Origin: Eledone cirrhosa
Lineage: Eukaryota
NCBI GenBank assembly: GCA_964016885.1
Contig: OZ024741.1
Span: 403,930,001 to 403,994,000 of the forward strand
Length of the DNA: 64,000 nucleotides
Direction of reading: 5' to 3'
The notes beneath the pieces were generated by a model. It made no database searches, was not told where the DNA came from, and worked only from the letters and a program-made list of their open reading frames with translations. Each line of letters opens with the position of its first letter. The stretch's first letter is position 1. Positions 1-18,000 of this stretch are shown piece after piece. Made by a program: the position numbers and the translations under genes.

Positions 1-3000
1 ATCACCAACACCATCACCAACACCAATACCATCACCAACACCAACAACAATACCAACACCAACACCAATAACATCACCAACACAAATACCATCACCAACA
101 ACAATACCATCACCAACACCAACAACAGCAACACCAACACCAATACCATCACCAACAACAACACCAATACCATCACCAATACCAATACCATCACCAACAC
201 CAACACCAATACCATCACCAATACCAATACCATCACCAACACCAACACCAATACCATCACCAATACCAATACCATCACCAACACCAACACCAATACCATC
301 ACCAATACCAATACCATCACCAACACCAACACCAATACCATCACCAATACCAATACCATCACCAACACCAATACCATCACCAACACCAATACCATCACCA
401 ACACCAACACCAATACCATCACCAACACCAATACCATCACCAACACAAATACCAATACCATCACCAACAACAACACCAACACCAACACCAATACCATCAC
501 CAACACCATCTCCAACACCATCACCAACACCAACACCAACACCATCACCAACACCAATACCATCGCCAACACCAACAACACCAACACCGACACCAATACC
601 ATCACCAATACCATCACCACACCAATACCATCACCAACACCAACACCAATACCATCAGCAACAACAACACCAACACCAACACCAATACCATCACCAACAC
701 CAATACCATCACCAACACCAATACCATCACCAACACCAACAACACCAACACTGATACCAATACCATCACCAACACCAATACCAACACCAATACCATCACC
801 AACACCAATACCATAACCATCACCAACACCAACACCAACTCCAATACCATCACCAACACCAATACCATCACCAACACAAATACCAACACCAACACCCACA
901 GCATCACCAACATCATTACCATCACCAACACCAATACCATCACCAACACCAATACCAATACCATCACCAACAACAACACCAACACCAACACCAATACCAT
1001 CACCAACACTAATACCAATAGCATCACCAACAACAACAACAACACCAACATCAACACCAACACCAATACCATCACCATCACCAACACCAATACCATAACC
1101 AACAGCAACACCAACACCAATACCATCACCAACACCAATACCATCACCAACACCAATACCAATACCATCACCTACAACAACACCAACACCTACACCAACA
1201 CCAATACCATCACCACACCAATACCATCACCAACACCAACACCAATACCATCACCAACACCAATACCATCACCATTACCAACACTAATACCATAACCAAC
1301 ACCAACACCAACACCAACACCAACACCAATACCATCACCAACACCAACACCAATACCATCACCAACACCAACACCAATACCAACACCAATACCATCACCA
1401 ACACCAACACCAACACCAATACCATCACCAACACCAATACCATCACCAACACCAATACCATCGCCAACACCAACTACACCAACACCGACACCAATACCAT
1501 CACCAATACCATCACCACACCAATACCATCACCAACACCAACACCAATACCATCAGCAACAACAACACCAACACCAACACCAATAACATCACCAACACCA
1601 ATACCATCACCAACATCAATACCATCACCAACACCAACAACACCAACACTGATACCAATACCATCACCAACACCAATACCAACACCAATACCATCACCAA
1701 CACCAATACCATAACCATCACCAACACCAACACCAACACCAATACCATCACCAACACCAACACCAACTCCAATACCATCACCAACACCAATACCAACACC
1801 AATACCCTCACCAACACCAACACCAATACCATCACCAACACCAACACCAACACCAATACCATCACCAACACCAATACCATCACCAACACCAATACCATCA
1901 CCAACACTAACACCAACACGAACACCAATACCAACACCAATACCATCACCAACACCAACACCAATACCATCACCAACACCAATACCATAACCAACACCAA
2001 TAACATCACCAACACCAACAACACCAACACCGACACCAATACCTTCACCAACACCAATACCAACACCAATACCATCACCAACACCAATACCAATACCATC
2101 ACCAACAACAACACCAACACCAACACCAACAATAACACCAACACCAACACCACTACCCTCACCAACACCAATACCAATACCATCACCAACACCAATACCA
2201 TCTTCAACACCTAACAAGAACACCATCACCAACACCAACACCAATACCATCACCAACACCAATACCATCACCAACACCAATAACATCACCAACACTAACA
2301 CCAACACCAACACCAATACCAACACCTATACCATCACCAACAACAACACCAACACCAACACCAATACCATCACCAACACCAACACCAATAACATCACCAA
2401 CACCAATACCATCACCAACACCAACACCAACTCCAATACCATCACCAACACCAATACCATAACCATCACCAACACCAACACCAACACCAATACCATCACC
2501 AACACCAACTCCAATACCATCACCAACACCAATACCATAACCATCACCAACACCAACACCAACACCAATACCATCACCAACACCAACACCGACTCCAATA
2601 CCATCACCAACACCAATACCATAACCATCACCAACACCAACACCAACACCAATACCATCACCAACACCAACACCAACACCAATACCATCACCAACACCAA
2701 CACCAACTCCAATACCATCACCAACACCAATACCAGCACCAAGACCCACACCATCACCAACACCAATACCAACACCAACAACCATAGCATCACCAACACC
2801 AACATCAATACGATCACCAACACCAATACCAACACCAATACCAATACCATCACCAACAACAACACCAACACCTACACCAACACCAATACCATCACCACAC
2901 CAATACCAACACCAACACCAACACCAACACCAATACCATCACCAACACCAACACCAATACCATCACCAACACCAATACCACCACCAACACCAATACCAAC

Positions 3001-6000
3001 ACCAACACCAACACCAACACCAATACATACACCAACACCAATACCATCACCAACACCAATACCATCACCAACACCAATACCATCACCATCACCAACACCA
3101 ACACCAACACCAATACCATCACCAACACCATCACCAACACCAATACCAATACCATCACCAACAACAACACCATCACCAACACCAACACCAACTCCAATAC
3201 CATCACCAACACCAACACCAACACCAACACCAACACCTATACCATCACCACATCAATACCATCACCAATACCAACACCAATACCATCACCAACACCAATA
3301 CCATCAACAACACCAATAACAATACCATCACCAACTCCAACACCAACACCATCACCAACACCAATACCAACACCAACAACCATAGCATCACCAACACCAA
3401 CACCAATACCATCACCAACACCAATACCAATACCATCACCAACAACAACACCAACACCAACACGAATACCATCATCAACACCAACACCAATACCATCACC
3501 AACACCAATACCATCACCAACACCAACACCAACACCAATACCATCACCAACACCAACACCAATACCATCACCAACACCATCACCAACACCTATACCATCA
3601 CCACATCAATACCATCACCAATACCAACACCAATACCATCACCAACACCAATACCATCAACAACACCAATAACAATACCATCACCAACTCCAACACCAAC
3701 ACCATCACCAACACCAATACCAACACCAACAACCATAGCATCACCAACACCAACACCAATACCATCACCAACACCAACACCAATACCATCACCAACACCA
3801 ATACCAATACCATCACCAACAACAACACCAACACCAACACGAATACCATCATCAACACCAACACCAATACCATCACCAACACCAATACCATCACCAACAC
3901 CAACACCAACACCAATACCATCACCAACACCAACACCAATACCATCACCAACACCAATACCATCACCAACACCAATACCATCACCAACACTAACACCAAC
4001 ACAAACACCAATACCAACACCAATACCATCACCAACAACAACACCAACACCAACACCAATGCCATCACCAACACCAATACCATCACCAACACCAACACCA
4101 TCACCAACACCAACAACACCAACACTGACAACAATACCATCACCAACACCAATACCAACACCAATACCATCAGCAACACCAACACCAATACCATCACCAA
4201 CACTAACACCAACACCAACACCGATACCATCACCAACACCAACACCATCACCAACACCAACAACACCAACACTGACACCAATACCATAACCAACACCAAT
4301 ACCAACACAAATACCATCAGCAACACCAACACCAATACCATCACCAACACCAACACCAACACCAACTCCAATACCATCACCAACACAAACACCAACACCA
4401 ACACCAACACCAATACCATCACCAACACCAACACCAACACCAACTCCAATACCATCACCAACACCAACTCCAACACCAACTCCAACACCAACACCAACAC
4501 CAACTCCAACACCAACACCAACACCAACTCCAATACCATCACCAACACAAACACCAACACCAACTCCAACACCAACACCAACACCAACTCCAACACCAAC
4601 ACCAACACCAACACCAATACCATCACCAACACCAACACCAACACCAACTCCAATACCATCACCAACACAAACACCAACACCAACTCCAACACCAACACCA
4701 ACACCAACACCAATACCATCACCATACAAACACCAACACCAACACCAATAATATCACCAACACCAACACCAACAAAAAAACCAATACCATCACCAACACC
4801 AACACCAACTCCAACACCAACACCAATACCATCACCAACACCAACACCAAGACCAATATCATCACCAACACCAATACCATCACCAACAACAACACCAACA
4901 CCAACACCAACACCAATTCCATCACCAACACCAACACCAATACCATCACCAACACCAATACCATCACCATTACAAACACTAATACCATAACCAACACCAA
5001 CACCAATACCATCACCAACACCAACACCAATACCAAAACCAACACCAACACCAATACCATCACCAACACCAATACCATCACCAACACCAATACCATCACC
5101 AACACCAACAAAACCAACACCAACACCAACAATAACACCAACACCATCACCAATACCATCACCAACACCAATACCATCACCAACACCAATACCATCACCA
5201 ACACCTAACAAGAACACCAACACCATCACCAATACCATCACCAACACCAACACCAATACCATCACCAATACCATCACCAACACCAAAACCATAACCATCA
5301 CCAACACCAACTCCAATACCATCACCAACACCAATACCATCACCAACACCAACACCAACTCCAATACCATCACCAACACCAATACCAACACCAACACCCA
5401 CACCATCACCATCACCAACACCAATACCATGACCAACACCAATACCGATACCATCACCAACAACAACACCAACACCAACACCAACACTAATACCATCACC
5501 ACACCAATACCATCACCAATACCAACACCAATACCGTCACCAACACCAATACCATTAACAACACCAATACCAATACCATCACCAACACCAACACCAACAC
5601 CATCACCAACACCAATACCAACACCAACAACCATAGCATCACCAACACCAACACCAATACCATCACCAACATCAATACCATCACCAACACCAATACCAAT
5701 ACCATCACCAACAACAACAACAACACCAACACCAACACCAGTACCATCACCAATACCAACACCAACTCCAACACCAACACCAACACCAATACCATCAACA
5801 ACACCAACACCAACACCAACACCAACACCAATACCATCAACAACACCAACACCAACACCAACACCAATATCATCACCACACCAATACCATCACCATTACC
5901 AACACTAATACCATAACAAACACCAACACCAATACCAACACCAATACCATCACCAACACCAATACCAATATTATCACCAACAACAAAACCAACACCAACA

Positions 6001-9000
6001 CCAACAATAACACCAACACCAACACCACTACCATCACCAACACCAATGCCATCACCAACACCTAACAAGAACACCAACACCATCACCAATACCATCACCA
6101 ACACCAATGCCATCACCAACACCTAACAAGAACACCAACACCATCACCAATACCATCACCAACACCAATACCATCACCAACACCAATACCATCACCAACA
6201 CCAACACCATCACCAATACCATCACCAACACTAACACCATAACCAACACCAATAACATCACCAACACCAATACCATCACCAACACTAACCTCCAAAACCA
6301 ACACCAATACCAACACCAATACCAACACCAACACCAACAGCAACACCAATACCATCACCAACACCAATACCATCACCAACACCATTACCATCACCAACAC
6401 TAACACCAACACCAACACCAATACCAACACCAATACCATCACCAACAACAACACCAACACCAACACCAATACCATCACCAACACCAATACCATCACCAGC
6501 ACCAATACCATCGCCAACACCAACTACACCAACACCGACACCAATACCATCACCAATACCATCACCACACCAATACCATCACCAACACCAACACCAATAC
6601 CATCAGCAACAACAACACCAACACCAACACCAATAACATCACCAACACCAATACCATAACCATCACCAACACCAACACCATCACCAACACCAACAACACC
6701 AACACTGATACCAATACCATCACCAACACCAATACCAACACCAATACCATCACCAACACCAATACCATAACCATCACCAACACCAACACCATCACCAACA
6801 CCAACACCAACTCCAATACCATCACCAACACCAATACCATCACCAACACAAATACCAACACCAACACCCACAGCATCACCAACATCATTACCATCACCAA
6901 CACCAATACCATCACCAACACCAATACCAATACCATCACCAACACCAATACCATAACCATCACCAACACCAATACCATCACCAACACCAACACCAACTCC
7001 AATACCATCACCAACACCAATACCATCACCAACACAAATACCAACACCAACACCCACAGCATCACCAACATCATTACCATCACCACACCAATACCATTAA
7101 CAACACCAATACCAATACCATCACCAACACCAACACCAACACCATCACCAACACCAACACCAATACCAACACCAACAACCATAGCATCACCAACACCAAC
7201 ACCAATACCATCACCAACACAAATACCAATACCATCACCAACAACAACAACAACACCAACACCAACATAAATACCATCACCAATACCAACACCAATACCA
7301 TTCAACAGCACCAATACCATCACCAACACTAATACCAATACCATCGCCAACAACAACACCAACACCAATACCATCACCAACACTAATACCAATACCATCA
7401 CCAACACCAACACCAATACCATAACAACACCAATACCATCACCATCAACAACACCAATACCATAACCAACACCAATACCATCACCAACACCAATACCATC
7501 ACCAACACCAATACCATAAACAACACCAATACCATCACCAACACCAATACCATCACCACACCAATACCATCACCAACAACAACAGCAACACCATCACCAA
7601 CACCAATACCATCACCAACACCAATACCATCACCAACACCAACACCAATACCATCACCAACACCAATACCATCACCAACACCAGCACCAACACCAATACC
7701 ATCACCACACCAATACCATCACCATCACCAACACCATCACCAACACCAATACCAACACCAACACCAATACCATCACCAACACCAACACCAATACCATCGC
7801 CAACACCAATACCATCACCAACACCAACACCAATACCATCACCAACAACAACACCAACACCTACACCAACACCAATACCATCACCAACACCAATACCATC
7901 ACCAACACCATTACCATCAACATCACCAACACCAATACCATCAACAACACCAACACCATCACCAACACCAATACCAACACCAACAACCATAGCATCACCA
8001 ACACCAACACCAATACCATCACCAACACCAATACCAATACCATCACCAACAACAACACCAACACCAACACGAATACCATCATCAACACCAACACCAACAC
8101 CATCACCAACACCAATACCAACACCATCACCAACACCAACACCAACACCAATACCATCACCATCACCAACACCATCACCAACACCAATGCCATCACCAAC
8201 ACCAACACCAATGCCATCACCAACACCAATACCATCACCAACACCAATGCCATCACCAACACCAACACCAATACCATCAACAACACCAATACCATCACCA
8301 ACACCAACACCAATGCCATCAACAACACCAACACCAATGCCATCACCAACACCAATACCATCACCAACACCAATGCCATCACCAACACCAACACCAATAC
8401 CATCAACAACACCAATACCATCACCAACACCAACACCAATACCATCACCAACACCAACACCAATACCATCACCAACACCAATGCCATCACCAACACCAAC
8501 ACCAATACCATCACCAACACCAATACCAATACCATCAACAACACCAATACCATCACCAACAACAACACCAATACCATCACCTACACCAATACCATCACCA
8601 ACACCAACTCCAATACCATCACCAACACCAATACCATCACCAACACCAACACCAATACCATCACCAACACCAATACCATCACCATCACCAACACCAACAC
8701 CAACAGCAATACCATCACCAACACCAATACCATCAACAACACCAACACCATCACCAACACCAATACCATCACCAACACCAACACCAATACCATCACCAAC
8801 ACCAACACCAATACCATCAACAACACCAATACCATCACCAACACCAACACCAACACCAATACCATCAACAACACCAATACCATCACCAACACCAACACCA
8901 ATACCATAACCAACACCAACGCCATCACCATCACCAACACCAACACCAACACCAATGCCATCACCAACACCAACACCAATACCATCACCAACACCAATAC

Positions 9001-12000
9001 CATCACCAACACCAACACCAATACCATAACCAACACCAACACCATCACCATCACCAACACCAACACCAACACCAACACCAATACCATCAACAACACCAAT
9101 AACATCACCAACACCAATACCATCAGCAACACCAATGCCATCACCAACACCGACACCAATACCATCACCAACACCAACACCAACACCAATACCATCACCA
9201 ACACCAATACCATCACCAACACCAACACCAATACCATCAACAACACCAATACCATCACCAACACCAACACCAATACCATCACCAACACCAACACCAATAC
9301 CATCACCAACACCAATACCATCACCATCACCAACACCAACACCAACAGCAATACCATCACCAACACCAACACCAATACTATCAACAACACCAATACCATC
9401 ACCAACACCAATACCATCACCATCACCAACACCATCAACAACACCAATACCATCACCAACACCAATACCATCACCAACACCAATGCCATCACCAACACCA
9501 ACACCAACACCAACAACAATACCATCACCAACACCAACACCAATACTATCAACAACACCAATACCATCACCAACACCAATACCATCACCATCACCAACAC
9601 CAACACCAACAGCAATACCATCACCAACACCAACACCAATACTATCAACAACACCAATACCATCACCAACACCAATACCATCACCATCACCAACACCATC
9701 AACAACACCAATACCATCACCAACACCAATACCATCACCAACACCAATGCCATCACCAACACCAACACCAATACCATCATCAACACCAACACCAATACCA
9801 TCACCAACACCAACACCAATCCCATCACCAACACCAACACCAATACCATCAACAACACCAATACCATCACCAACACCAATACCATCACCAACACCAACAC
9901 CAATACCATCACCAACACCAACACCAATACCATCAACAACACCAATACCATCACCAACACCAATACCATCACCAACACCAACACCAATACCATCACCAAC
10001 ACCAACACCAATACCATCACCAACACCAATGCCATCATCAACACCAACACCAATACCATCACCAACACCAACACCAATACCATCACCAACACCAACAGCA
10101 ATAACATCAACAACACCAATACCATCACCAACACCAATGCCATCACCAACACCAACACCAATACCATCACCAACACCATCACCAACACCAATACCATCAC
10201 CAACACTAACACCAATACCATCACCAACACCATCACCAACACCAATACTATCACCAACACCAACACCAATACCATCACCAACACCATCACCAACACCAAT
10301 ACCATCACCAACACCAACACCAATACCATCACCAACACCATCACCAACACCAATACTATCACCAACACCAACACCAATACCATCAACAACACCAATACCA
10401 TCACCAACACCAACACCAATACCATCACCAACACCAACACCAATACCATCACCAACACCTACACCAATACCATCACCAACACCAACACCAATACCATCAA
10501 CAACACCAATACCATCACCAACACCAACACCAATACCATCACCAACACCAATACCATCACCAACACCAATACCATCAACAACACCAATACCATCACCAAC
10601 ACCAACACCAATACCATCACCAACACCTACACCAATACCATCACCAACACCAACACCAATACCATCAACAACACCAATACCATCACCAACACCAACACCA
10701 ATACCATCACCAACACCAATACCATCACCAACACCAATACCATCAACAACACCAATACCATCACCAACACCAACACCAATACCATCACCAACACCTACAC
10801 CAATACCATCACCAACACCAACACCAATACCATCAACAACACCAATACCATCACCAACACCAACACCAATACCATCACCAACACCAATACCATCACCAAC
10901 ACCAATACCATTCAACAGCACCAATACCATCACCAACACTAATACCAATACCATCGCCAACAACAACACCAACAGCAATACCATCACCAACACCAACACC
11001 AATACCATCACCAACACCAATACCAATACCATCACCAACAACAACAACAACACCAACACCAACATCAATACCATCACCAATACCAACACCAATACCAATC
11101 AACAGCACCAATACCATCACCAACACTAATACCAATACCATCGCCAACAACAACACCAATACCAATACCATCACCAACACCAACACCAATACCATCACCA
11201 CACCAATACCATCACCATCAACAACACCAATACCATAACCAACACCAATACCATCACCAAAACCAATACCATAAACAACACCAATACCATCACCAACACC
11301 AATACCATCACCACACCAATACCATCACCAACAACAACAGCAACACCATCACCAACACCAATACCAAGACCATCACCAACACCAACACCAACACCAATAC
11401 CAATACCATCACCAACACCAACACCAATACCAACACCAACACTAACATCATCACCAACACCAATACCATCACCAACACCAATACCATCACCATCACCAAC
11501 ACCATCACCAACACCAATGCCATCACCAACAACAACACCAATGCCATCACCAACACCAATACCATCACCAACACCAATGCCATCACAACACCAACACCAA
11601 TACCATCAACAACACCAATACCATCACCAACACCAACACCAATACCATCACCAACACCAACACCAATACCATCACCAACACCAATACCATCACCAACACC
11701 AATGCCATCACCAACACCAACACCAATACCATCACCAACACCAATACCAATACCATCACCAACACCACTACCATCACCAACACCAACACCAATACCATCA
11801 CCAACACCAATACCATCACCAACACCAACTCCAATACCATCACCAACACCAATACCATCACCAACACCAATACCATCACCAACACCAACACCAATACCAT
11901 CACCAACACCAATACCATCACCATCACCAACACCAACACCAACACCAATACCATCACCAATACCAATACCATCACCAACACCAACACCAATACCATCACC

Positions 12001-15000
12001 AATACCAATACCATCACCAACACCAACACCAATACCATCACCAATACCAATACCATCACCAACACCAATACCATCACCATCACCAACACCAATACCATCA
12101 CCAACACCAACACCAATACCATCACCAACACCAATACCATCACCAACACAAATACCAATACCATCACCAACAACAACACCAACACCAATACCATCACCAA
12201 CACCATCTCCAACACCATCACCAACACCAACACCAACACCATCACCAACACCAATACCATCGCCAACACCAACAACACCAACACCGACACCAATACCATC
12301 ACCAATACCATCACCACACCAATACCATCACCAACACCAACACCAATACCATCAGCAACAACAACACCAACACCAACACCAATACCATCACCAACACCAA
12401 TACCATCACCAGCACCAATACCATCACCAACACCAACAACACCAACACTGATACCAATACCATCACCAACACCAATACCAACACCAATACCATCACCAAC
12501 ACCAATACCATAACCATCACCAACACCAACACCAACTCCAATACCATCACCAACACCAATACCATCACCAACACAAATACCAACACCAACACCCACAGCA
12601 TCACCAACATCATTACCATCACCAACACCAATACCATCACCAACACCAATACCAATACCATCACCAACAACAACACCAACACCAACACCAACACCAATAC
12701 CATCACCAACACTAATACCAATAGCATCACCAACAACAACAACAACACCAACATCAACACCAACACCAATACCATCACCATCACCAACACCAATACCATA
12801 ACCAACAGCAACACCAACACCAATACCATCACCAACACCAATACCATCACCAACACCAATACCAATACCATCACCTACAACAACACCAACACCTACACCA
12901 ACACCAATACCATCACCACACCAATACCATCACCAACACCAACACCAATACCATCACCAACACCAATACCATCACCATTACCAACACTAATACCATAACC
13001 AACACCAACACCAACACCAACACCAACACCAATACCATCACCAACACCAACACCAATACCATCACCAACACCAACACCAATACCAACACCAATACCATCA
13101 CCAACACCAACACCAACACCAATACCATCACCAACACCAATACCATCACCAACACCAATACCATCGCCAACACCAACTACACCAACACCGACACCAATAC
13201 CATCACCAATACCATCACCACACCAATACCATCACCAACACCAACACCAATACCATCAGCAACAACAACACCAACACCAACACCAATAACATCACCAACA
13301 CCAATACCATCACCAACATCAATACCATCACCAACACCAACAACACCAACACTGATACCAATACCATCACCAACACCAATACCAACACCAATACCATCAC
13401 CAACACCAATACCATAACCATCACCAACACCAACACCAATACCATCACCAACACCAACACCAACTCCAATACCATCACCAACACCAATACCAACACCAAT
13501 ACCCTCACCAACACCAATACCATCACCAACACCAACACCAACACCAATACCATCACCAACACCAATACCATCACCAACACCAATACCATCACCAACACTA
13601 ACACCAACACGAACACCAATACCAACACCAATACCATCACCAACACCAACACCAATACCATCACCAACACCAATACCATCACCAACACCAATAACATCAC
13701 CAACACCAACAACACCAACACCGACACCAATACCTTCACCAACACCAATACCAACACCAATACCATCACCAACACCAATACCAATACCATCACCAACAAC
13801 AAAACCAACACCAACACCAACAATAACACCAACACCAACACCACTACCCTCACCAACACCAACACCAATACCATCACCAACACCAATACCATCTTCAACA
13901 CCTAACAAGAACACCATCACCAACACCAACACCAATACCATCACCAACACCAATAACATCACCAACACTAACACCAACACCAACACCAATACCAACACCT
14001 ATACCATCACCAACAACAACACCAACACCAACACCAATACCATCACCAACACTATACCATCAGCAACACCAATACCATCACCAACACCAACACCAATAAC
14101 ATCACCAACACCAATATCATCACCAACACCAACACCAACTCCAATACCATCACCAACACCAATACCATAACCATCACCAACACCAACACCAATACCATCA
14201 CCAACACCAACACCAACTCCAATACCATCACCAACACCAATACCATAACCATCACCAACACCAACACCAACACCAATACCATCACCAACACCAACACCAA
14301 CACCAATACCATCACCAACACCAACACCAACTCCAATACCATCACCAACACCAATACCAGCACCAAGACCCACACCATCACCAACACCAATACCAACACC
14401 AACAACCATAGCATCACCAACACCAACATCAATACGATCACCAACACCAATACCAACACCAATACCAATACCATCACCAACAACAACACCAACACCTCCA
14501 CCAACACCAATACCATCACCACACCAATACCAACACCAACACCAACACCAACACCAACACCAATACCATCACCAACACCAACACCAATACCATCACCAAC
14601 ACCAATACCAACACCAACACCAATACCAACACCAACACCAACACCAACACCAATACATACACCAACACCAATACCATCACCAACACCAATACCATCACCA
14701 ACACCAATACCATCACCATCACCAACACCAACACCAATACCATCACCAACACCATCACCAACACCAATACCAATACCATCACCAACAACAACACCATCAC
14801 CAACACCAACACCAACTCCAATACCATCACCAACACCAACACCAACACCAACACCAACACCTATACCATCACCACATCAATACCATCACCAATACCAACA
14901 CCAATACCATCACCAACACCAATACCATCAACAACACCAATAACAATACCATCACCAACTCCAACACCATCACCAACACCAATACCAACACCAACAACCA

Positions 15001-18000
15001 TAGCATCACCAACACCAACACCAATACCATCACCAACACCAATACCAATACCATCACCAACAACAACACCAACACCAACACGAATACCATCATCAACACC
15101 AACACCAATACCATCACCAACACCAATACCATCACCAACACCAACACCAATACCATCACCAACACCAACACCAATACCATCACCAACACCATCACCAACA
15201 CCTATACCATCACCACATCAATACCATCACCAATACCAACACCAATACCATCACCAACACCAATACCATCAACAACACCAATAACAATACCATCACCAAC
15301 TCCAACACCAACACCATCACCAACACCAATACCAACACCAACAACCATAGCATCACCAACACCAACACCAATACCATCACCAACACCAATACCAATACCA
15401 TCACCAACAACAACACCAACACCAACACGAATACCATCATCAACACCAACACCAATACCATCACCAACACCAATACCATCACCAACACCAACACCAACAC
15501 CAATACCATCACCAACACCAACACCAATACCATCACCAACACCAATACCATCACCAACACCAATACCATCACCAACACTAACACCAACACAAACACCAAT
15601 ACCAACACCAATACCATCACCAACAACAACACCAACACCAACACCAATGCCATCACCAACACCAATACCATCACCAACACCAACACCATCACCAACACCA
15701 ACAACACCAACACTGACACCAATACCATCACCAACACCAATACCAACACCAATAACATCAGCAACACCAACACCAATACCATCACCAACACTAACACCAA
15801 CACCAACACCGATACCATCACCAACACCAACACCATCACCAACACCAACAACACCAACACTGACACCAATACCATAACCAACACCAATACCAACACAAAT
15901 ACCATCAGCAACACCAACACCAATACCATCACCAACACCAACACCAACACCAACTCCAATACCATCACCAACACAAACACCAACACCAACACCAACACCA
16001 ATACCATCACCAACACCAACACCAACACCAACTCCAATACCATCACCAACACAAACACCAACACCAACTCCAACACCAACACCAACACCAACTCCAACAC
16101 CAACACCAACACCAACTCCAATACCATCACCAACACAAACACCAACACCAACTCCAACACCAACACCAACACCAACTCCAACACCAACACCAACACCAAC
16201 ACCAATACCATCACCAACACCAACACCAACACCAACTCCAATACCATCACCAACACAAACACCAACACCAACTCCAACACCAACACCAACACCAACACCA
16301 ATACCATCACCAACACAAACACCAACACCAACACCAATACCATCACCAACACCAACACCAACAAAAAAAACCAATACCATCACCAACACCAACACCAACT
16401 CCAACACCAACACCAATACCATCACCAACACCAACACCAACACCAACACCAATATCATCACCAACACCAATACCATCACCAACAACAACACCAACACCAG
16501 CACCAACACCAATTCCATTACCAACACCAACACCAATACCATCACCAACACCAATACCATCACCATTACAAACACTAATACCATAACCAACACCAACACC
16601 AATACCATCACCAACACCAACACCAATACCAAAACCAACACCAACACCAATACCATCACCAACACCAATACCATCACCAACACCAATACCATCACCAACA
16701 CCAACAAAACCAACACCAACACCAACAATAACACCAACACCATCACCAATACCATCACCAACACCAATACCATCACCAACACCAATACCATCACCAACAC
16801 CTAACAAGAACACCAACACCATCACCAATACCATCACCAACACCAACACCAATACCATCACCAATACCATCACCAACACCAAAACCATAACCATCACCAA
16901 CACCAACTCCAATACCATCACCAACACCAATACCATCACCAACACCAACACCAACTCCAATACCATCACCAACACCAATACCAACACCAACACCCACACC
17001 ATCACCATCACCAACACCAATACCATCACCAACACCAATACCGATACCATCACCAACAACAACACCAACACCAACACCAACACTAATACCATCACCACAC
17101 CAATACCATCACCAATACCAACACCAATACCGTCACCAACACCAATACCATTAACAACACCAATACCAATACCATCACCAACACCAACACCAACACCATC
17201 ACCAACACCAATACCAACACCAACAACCATAGCATCACCAACACCAACACCAATACCATCACCAACATCAATACCATCACCAACACCAATACCAATACCA
17301 TCACCAACAACAACAACAACACCAACACCAACACCAGTACCATCACCAATACCAACACCAACTCCAACACCAACACCAACACCAATACCATCAACAACAC
17401 CAACACCAACACCAACACCAACACCAACACCAATACCATCAACAACACCAACACCAACACCAACACCAATATCATCACCACACCAATACCATCACCATTA
17501 CCAACACTAATACCATAACAAACACCAACACCAATACCAACACCAATACCATCACCAACACCAATACCAATACTATCACCAACAACAAAACCAACACAAA
17601 CACCAACAATAACACCAACACCAACACCACTACCATCACCAACACCAATGCCATCACCAACACCTAACAAGAACACCAACACCATCACCAATACCATCAC
17701 CAACACCAATGCCATCACCAACACCTAACAAGAACACCAACACCATCACCAATACCATCACCAACACCAATACCATCACCAACACCAATACCATCACCAA
17801 CACCAACACCATCACCAATACCATCACCAACACTAACACCATAACCAACACCAATACCATCACCAACGCCAATAACATCACCAACACCAATACCATCACC
17901 AACACTAACCTCCAACACCAACACCAATACCAACACCAATACCAACACCAACACCAACAGCAACACCAATACCATCACCAACACCAATACCATCACCAAC